Shown: one piece after another, positions 16,372-21,199 of the stretch
Layout: every line of letters starts with the position of its first letter
Numbering within the stretch: the stretch's first letter is position 1
Assembly (NCBI GenBank): GCA_019057635.1
Contig: DXJL01000156.1
Location: 46,105-70,104, forward strand
Origin: Candidatus Heimdallarchaeota archaeon
GTDB taxonomy: Archaea > Asgardarchaeota > Heimdallarchaeia > Hodarchaeales > Hodarchaeaceae
Length of the DNA: 24,000 nt
Reading direction: 5' to 3'
Position numbers and translations under genes: made by a program
Notes under the pieces: generated by a model
Databases searched by the model: none
What the model was told of the DNA's origin: nothing
The model's input: only the letters and a program-made list of their open reading frames with translations

Positions 16372-17727
16372 ATGGAAATAGTAGTCATAGGAGGAAATGC
16401 TGCTGGCTTAAGTGCAGCTAGTGCTATCAGGAGAATACACCACGATTGGCAGATCGATGTATATGAAAAAGATCAATATATCTCATTCGGTTCGTGCGGT
16501 ATCCCGTACTATGTTTCAGAAACCGTTGAAAATCTTCATAGTTTAATCACTCTCACGCCTGAAATAGTTGAGAAGAAAAGAAAAATACCCGTTCATTTGA
16601 TGAACGAGGTAATTGATGTTGATTTTAACTCAAAAACCTTAACAATTTTAGATAAGAATACAAAATCTCAGTATAATCGTTCTTATAAAATACTAATTAT
16701 CGCTACTGGAGCACACGCAACCTCCTCCCCAGAATTAAATCTTGAACATGAACGAATATTTTTCGTACATAATCTTAGTCATGCTGAAAAATTAAGAACT
16801 TTCTTGAAGACCCCTAACCATAAAATTCAATCTGTGGCCATAATCGGAGCAGGATACATAGGATTAGAGATGTTGGAAGCATATAAAGCACAAGGCATTA
16901 ATGATATTACGATTATTGGGCCTCGTCTTGTTTTTCGATCACAAAGCCAAGAATATTTACTTAAAGAGCTGAAATCTCATGAGATTAAGGCTATCCTTGG
17001 GAAAAGAGTAAGTCAACTAGAAGGTCTATCAAAGGACAGAATTAAAATTTATCTTGATGATCATTCCTCAATAGAAACAGATTTATTACAAATTTCCATA
17101 GGTGTTTCACCTGCAACTGACATCTTTATGAATAAAGGGTTACACATGCTGTCAAATGGGGCAATCTTAACAGATGAATATATGAAAACTAATATTTCTG
17201 ATGTTTATGCAGCTGGTGATTGTATTGCATCATACCACCAAATTTTGAAACAACATGTATATTATCCTTTAGCGCCTGCTGCAAATAAACAGGGACGTTT
17301 AGCTGGATCAATAATTGCTGGGAAAGAAGTTAGCCCTTATCCGGGTATCGTCGGAACTTCAATCTTTAAAGTTCTTGATCTTTATTGCGCGAGAACTGGA
17401 ATTTCATTAGAACAGGCTGTAGAAATGGGTTTTGATGCAGAATCTATACTGATTGAAAATAATGAGATTGCTCATTATATGGGTACAAAGAAGATGTCAG
17501 TCTTTTTGGTTTTCGACCCTAAAAGTCATCTTCTATTGGGAGCGGAAATAACTGCTCCTACTGCGCTTGGTGCAAAAAAAATTGATACCTTGGCCACAGC
17601 TTTGTCTGCAAAGATGAAAATTGAGGATGTTCAGTCATTAGATTTGGCTTATGCTCCTCCATTCGCCCCAGTTTGGGATCCAATTTTAGTAGCCGCTAAT
17701 ATCGCAAGTAAGAAGCTAGCAAAATGA
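16372..17727 (+). CDS. FAD-dependent pyridine nucleotide-disulfide oxidoreductase, CoA-disulfide reductase / NADH oxidase type
   Basis: 451 aa. FAD fold: VVIGGNAAGLSAA. Single redox-active Cys motif: SFGSCGIPYY. NAD(P) fold: VAIIGAGYIGLEM. Also AAGDC and a C-terminal dimerisation domain. SD-like aaggtga lies upstream. Confidence 0.85.
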   Translation: MEIVVIGGNAAGLSAASAIRRIHHDWQIDVYEKDQYISFGSCGIPYYVSETVENLHSLITLTPEIVEKKRKIPVHLMNEVIDVDFNSKTLTILDKNTKSQYNRSYKILIIATGAHATSSPELNLEHERIFFVHNLSHAEKLRTFLKTPNHKIQSVAIIGAGYIGLEMLEAYKAQGINDITIIGPRLVFRSQSQEYLLKELKSHEIKAILGKRVSQLEGLSKDRIKIYLDDHSSIETDLLQISIGVSPATDIFMNKGLHMLSNGAILTDEYMKTNISDVYAAGDCIASYHQILKQHVYYPLAPAANKQGRLAGSIIAGKEVSPYPGIVGTSIFKVLDLYCARTGISLEQAVEMGFDAESILIENNEIAHYMGTKKMSVFLVFDPKSHLLLGAEITAPTALGAKKIDTLATALSAKMKIEDVQSLDLAYAPPFAPVWDPILVAANIASKKLAK

Positions 17728-17948
17728 GAATATTATAATCTTAGATAAATAATTAAGTTTCTTAGTCAGGAATTCATTCACAGTAACATTTGAAGACAAG
17801 ATCAGTTTTTTAATTTGCCACAATCATTTTACTTAAGAATGCTAATGTTTAAGGAAGTACATAATTCATTTTATGGGTCCACCTGAATCGATTGTTGATT
17901 ATTCTCGCGTAAGAGTAACAATAATGATTCACCTCTAGTACACAAAGC

Positions 17949-17981
17949 GGGAATGACTTGCCAGTCCAGCAAATCATTCCC
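17949..17981. other. 13-bp stem (one mismatch) / 7-nt loop GC-containing hairpin in a convergent intergenic region
   Basis: gggaatgacttgc (17949-17961) pairs with gcaaatcattccc (17969-17981), with loop cagtcca. A T-run (ccttttta) follows within about 20 nt. Confidence 0.4.
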
Positions 17982-18051
17982 AATTCTCCATAAATCCTTT
18001 TTATTATAAATTTAAAAATAAATTAGCTGGATTACACTTCAGGAAAATCAA

Positions 18052-18408
18052 TCAACGCATAGCAATAACGTCTATCATTAATCCTGCATTTAAAGGTAGC
18101 GCAGCTGCTTGTAAAGTTGATCGAGTTGGAGGGTCACTTGGGAATGATTTTGCATATTCCTCATTAACTTGTTTGAAATCCTCAATATTTGTGAGATATA
18201 TTGTAGTTTTGACCACATCGCTCATAAAAGCACCCGCATTCTTTAATAAATTTTCTATCTTCTTCATTATTTGTTGTGTTTGAACTATAATGTTTGCATC
18301 TAGGTCAGTGGCAATTTGTCCTGAAAGAAAGATAAAATTTGTTCCTGAAGCAACTATCGCTGGAGAATATGGTCCAACAATCTTTCCTGTTTGAATTATT
18401 TGTCGCAT
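18052..18408 (-). CDS. ridA: RidA/YjgF/TdcF-family reactive enamine/imine deaminase
   Basis: 118 aa. GPYSPAIVASGTNFIFLSGQIA and the C-terminal PTRSTLQAAALPLNAGLMIDVIA follow the family consensus. Confidence 0.85.
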   Translation of the reverse strand: MRQIIQTGKIVGPYSPAIVASGTNFIFLSGQIATDLDANIIVQTQQIMKKIENLLKNAGAFMSDVVKTTIYLTNIEDFKQVNEEYAKSFPSDPPTRSTLQAAALPLNAGLMIDVIAMR

Positions 18409-18426
18409 ATTATTTCATCTCAATAT

Positions 18427-18855
18427 TCACATTTTTTCTGGAAGCGATAGGAGTTTCAAGTTTGTTTCGGAATCTAATTCACGAATAACTTTAGGTTTGA
18501 ATACCATGACAGAAAGCTCACAGGTAACCGAAATAATACACCCTGGTAAAATATGCCCCCCCACACAAGTTCCATCGACTCTACCAAAAATTCCATGAAG
18601 ATGAACAATTTGGTTCTCTGCAATATTACCAATTATCGACAGTACTTCAAGATTTTCTTCCAAAATAGTTTCTAGATATTTTTCTCCGTTAAAAAACCCA
18701 TATATTGCTTGTGATACAGCCCCTATCCCATAAATCGACCCAGCTCCAATATCTGGATGTTTCTCACAAAACTTTTCTAATGATAGAAGTAGATCTTCAC
18801 CTTTTAATAATCGTATTAAGAAGCTATATTGGTGTGTTTGTCGCATAAATTCCAT
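18427..18855 (-). CDS. PPC (DUF296) domain protein
   Basis: 142 aa. The LSIIGNI......VHLHGIFGRVDGTCVGGHILPGCIISVTCEL pattern is typical of PPC/DUF296. It lies 18 nt upstream of ridA on the same strand, so an operon is probable. Confidence 0.7.
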   Translation of the reverse strand: MEFMRQTHQYSFLIRLLKGEDLLLSLEKFCEKHPDIGAGSIYGIGAVSQAIYGFFNGEKYLETILEENLEVLSIIGNIAENQIVHLHGIFGRVDGTCVGGHILPGCIISVTCELSVMVFKPKVIRELDSETNLKLLSLPEKM

Positions 18856-19097
18856 AATTTATCAACGCTACGTGATGTCTATATTCGGGAAGAATATTTG
18901 CGAAATTATAAATTTATTCTGTAAATAAAAAGAGTTTTACACCTCAGAGATTTAATTAAAGAGTAATCCTTGTGCAAAGTATCAATTGAGTATAATTTGA
19001 ACCACAAAATTTTTAAATAATAGATCGTAGAAGTTCCTAGTAGTGGGAGAATTAAGAAATAACCCTTCTTCCGAGATTTCGCTCAGGTGCTAGAACC

Positions 19098-20075
19098 ATG
19101 AAGATTCATTGTGATAGTGATTGCCGACCATGTGTCTTTGAAGGGGGGCCAAGTCGTGATATTTCAGATCAATTCGAAGCTAATTATTGCCCTACCTGCA
19201 GGAAAGCTTTTTTCTGTGATGTAGGAGTAATTCAACACTTCTCTGCCGCTAGTAGCGTTTCCTATTCTTGTGTGGATTGCAATACTCCTCTACTGACAAA
19301 ATCTCTTGAAGAAATTAGTATGCTTCAAGCTCGTTTCTCCTTGAAGAATCAATCACATTCTAGTCGTCTCTCTTATAAACAAAAATTTATTCCCAAAAAG
19401 GATTTAGCGTCTCTTAAATCGCTTTCAATGTTATACGATATTAAATCTGTAAGTACTTATCACCGCTCACTGATTGATGAAATCCGTCATATTTCAGGGT
19501 TATCACCACAGGTTATCAGAAATTTTGCCCGGGAGTATGGGATTAGCGAGACGATTATTTCTAACCTATCTGGAGAACGAGAAGAAATTCTTCTCACACT
19601 TGCCAGCTTACAACCAAAATTCATTGAAATACTGTATGCAATAATAATTGGTCGCGATCCTTCTATCGAAGGAGGAATAGCGTTAAGATTCACTGTTTAC
19701 TCTGAAAATATTGGAGATATTGTTTTTATTCAGCCATCTGGGGCATTAATAGAAAGCGGTCCATTTGACCTAATCGCTTATGATCATCAAGGTATGATGA
19801 TTTGGATTTTTTGCATACAAGAAACTGTCGATATTGACGATATAAGTAAAATCGTAAGCCCAATATTAAATCAAACATTAGATGAATTTAAGGGTATTTC
19901 AAGTATTTATATTGTCGCTCAAGCATTTTCGTGGGTATCTAAACAAATTTTAAAGAAATATCAAGGTATTATTATCAGAGAGGGAGAAAAAACACGAACT
20001 ATTCCTTTCAAGTTATGGACTGAGGAAAAAAAATCAGATCAAGCTCAAATCTTATTTAAATCGGAAATCCTCTGA
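19098..20075 (+). CDS. Uncharacterised protein: N-terminal Cys-cluster/zinc ribbon, central HTH-like segment, C-terminal restriction-endonuclease-like (Mrr_cat-like) region
   Basis: 325 aa. Cys at positions 5, 9, 12, 31, 34, 40, 58 and 61, including CPTC...CVDC. HTH-like segment: GLSPQVIRNFAREYGISETIISNLSG. C-terminal FDLIAYDHQGMMIWIFCIQETVDIDDISKIV...IYIVAQAFSWVSKQILKKY resembles the Mrr-type core layout but has QET where (Q/E)xK is expected. SD-like caggtg lies upstream of the ATG. Confidence 0.6.
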   Translation: MKIHCDSDCRPCVFEGGPSRDISDQFEANYCPTCRKAFFCDVGVIQHFSAASSVSYSCVDCNTPLLTKSLEEISMLQARFSLKNQSHSSRLSYKQKFIPKKDLASLKSLSMLYDIKSVSTYHRSLIDEIRHISGLSPQVIRNFAREYGISETIISNLSGEREEILLTLASLQPKFIEILYAIIIGRDPSIEGGIALRFTVYSENIGDIVFIQPSGALIESGPFDLIAYDHQGMMIWIFCIQETVDIDDISKIVSPILNQTLDEFKGISSIYIVAQAFSWVSKQILKKYQGIIIREGEKTRTIPFKLWTEEKKSDQAQILFKSEIL

Positions 20076-20091
20076 AGGCGTGTGAGTTTTT

Positions 20092-20622
20092 TTGTCTTCC
20101 CCGACACAAGTAAATGGTTTTCATCCGTATTATAAAATAGTATTCCTTGGAAAACAAGGAGTTGGGAAAACCTCAATTATAAGAAGACTAGTTGCTTCAA
20201 ATGTTGATACAGAATATGTACCTACTCTTGGAATTTACTATTATAATTTAGAATTAGAGTATCAGAAACACAATTACTATCTCCAATTCTGGGATATATC
20301 TAATAGCTTGGATTATCAAATAAAGAACTTCTTGCAGAATGCAGCAGTCGTCGTATTGATTTTTGACTTTGCTGATAGGGAATCCCACATCTATGTAAAT
20401 CAGGTTTTTGAGACTATTAAAGAAGCAAACCCCTTCATGAAATTCCTTCTTGTTGGAAATCGATCAAAAGGGGAAAAAGAAAAACCTCCCAAGAATTTGA
20501 ATAATTTAGTGAATGAACACAATTTAACAATATACCCTATGTCCCCTCAAAATAACTCGGGGATGTCTTTGCTATTACAAGCAATTGTACATGATCTACC
20601 TCGTCCTACCGAGAGAGATTAG
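20092..20622 (+). CDS. Ras-superfamily small GTPase-like protein with degenerate G3 and G4 motifs
   Basis: 176 aa. The TTG start is forced: an in-frame TGA at 20083-20085 and no other start codon before the P-loop. G1 GKQGVGKT is at 20149-20172. G2 Thr is in YVPTLGI. G3 is WDISNS (20290-20307) instead of WDTAGQ. G4 is NRSK (20458-20469) instead of NKxD. Starts 16 nt after the upstream gene. Confidence 0.8.
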   Translation: MSSPTQVNGFHPYYKIVFLGKQGVGKTSIIRRLVASNVDTEYVPTLGIYYYNLELEYQKHNYYLQFWDISNSLDYQIKNFLQNAAVVVLIFDFADRESHIYVNQVFETIKEANPFMKFLLVGNRSKGEKEKPPKNLNNLVNEHNLTIYPMSPQNNSGMSLLLQAIVHDLPRPTERD

Positions 20623-20628
20623 ATCCTC

Positions 20629-21030
20629 TTATTTCCATTCCTCTTCATCATTTGGTAAGCAAGAGGCTTGGACAATTTCACACTCCCACCAGCGTGTACC
20701 AACTTCAAATGGGCAGCTATCATCCGTGATTTGGCACTTTCTCTCCTCTGTTAAGTATAAACAAAAACTTGACATTGTTAGACGTAGATTCATTTTCCCT
20801 GGTGCTTCTCCCATCTCATACTTCTTTGATATGGTTTCCTTTATTTCTTGATAATTCTGAATCTGTAAGGTGGTGATAATACTTCCAGTTTTAAAAGTAA
20901 TTCCCCCAGCAAGAGAATCATCGAATTCAAGAAATTTAAATAACTGTCTTTGCAGATTATCAAGAATTTCGTCATCGATATCCATTACGCCCATGAGTTG
21001 TAGCATTTCGCGCAATTTCTTTCTAAACAT
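20629..21030 (-). CDS. Hypothetical 133-aa protein with a C-terminal four-Cys cluster
   Basis: This is the longest ORF in an otherwise 577-bp gap. A GGTG (complement of 21040-21045) lies about 9 nt upstream of the ATG. The C-terminus is CQITDDSCPFEVGTRWWECEIVQASC. No family was recognised. Competing + strand ORFs (20585-20851, 20870-21073) are shorter and low-complexity. Confidence 0.5.
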   Translation of the reverse strand: MFRKKLREMLQLMGVMDIDDEILDNLQRQLFKFLEFDDSLAGGITFKTGSIITTLQIQNYQEIKETISKKYEMGEAPGKMNLRLTMSSFCLYLTEERKCQITDDSCPFEVGTRWWECEIVQASCLPNDEEEWK

Positions 21031-21110
21031 CCAACTTTACACCAGATATTTTATGGGGGAGGGAGTAAAATAATCATAAATCCCATTTTCTACGTATGTA
21101 TCATGTACGA

Positions 21111-21130
21111 GATTATATTTATAATATTGC
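21111..21130. promoter_or_regulatory. TATA-rich element in the divergent intergenic region between 21030(-) and 21200(+)
   Basis: gattatatttataatattgc lies about 70-90 nt upstream of the TTG at 21200 and about 80-100 nt upstream of the minus-strand ATG. It could serve either or both divergent genes. This is inference only. Confidence 0.25.
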
Positions 21131-21199
21131 TAACGGATTCGGTACAAGAATTTTTGTCTTTCTCGAAAACTTTTTCGATTCTCTAAAGGTGTTACAATT

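Noticed and set aside
20585-21073. + strand ORFs 20585-20851 and 20870-21073
   Set aside because: They compete with the longer 133-aa minus-strand ORF. The first overlaps the GTPase 3' end out of frame. Both translate to Ser/Ile-rich low-complexity sequence and lack an SD-like motif. The minus-strand gene is kept, at moderate confidence only.
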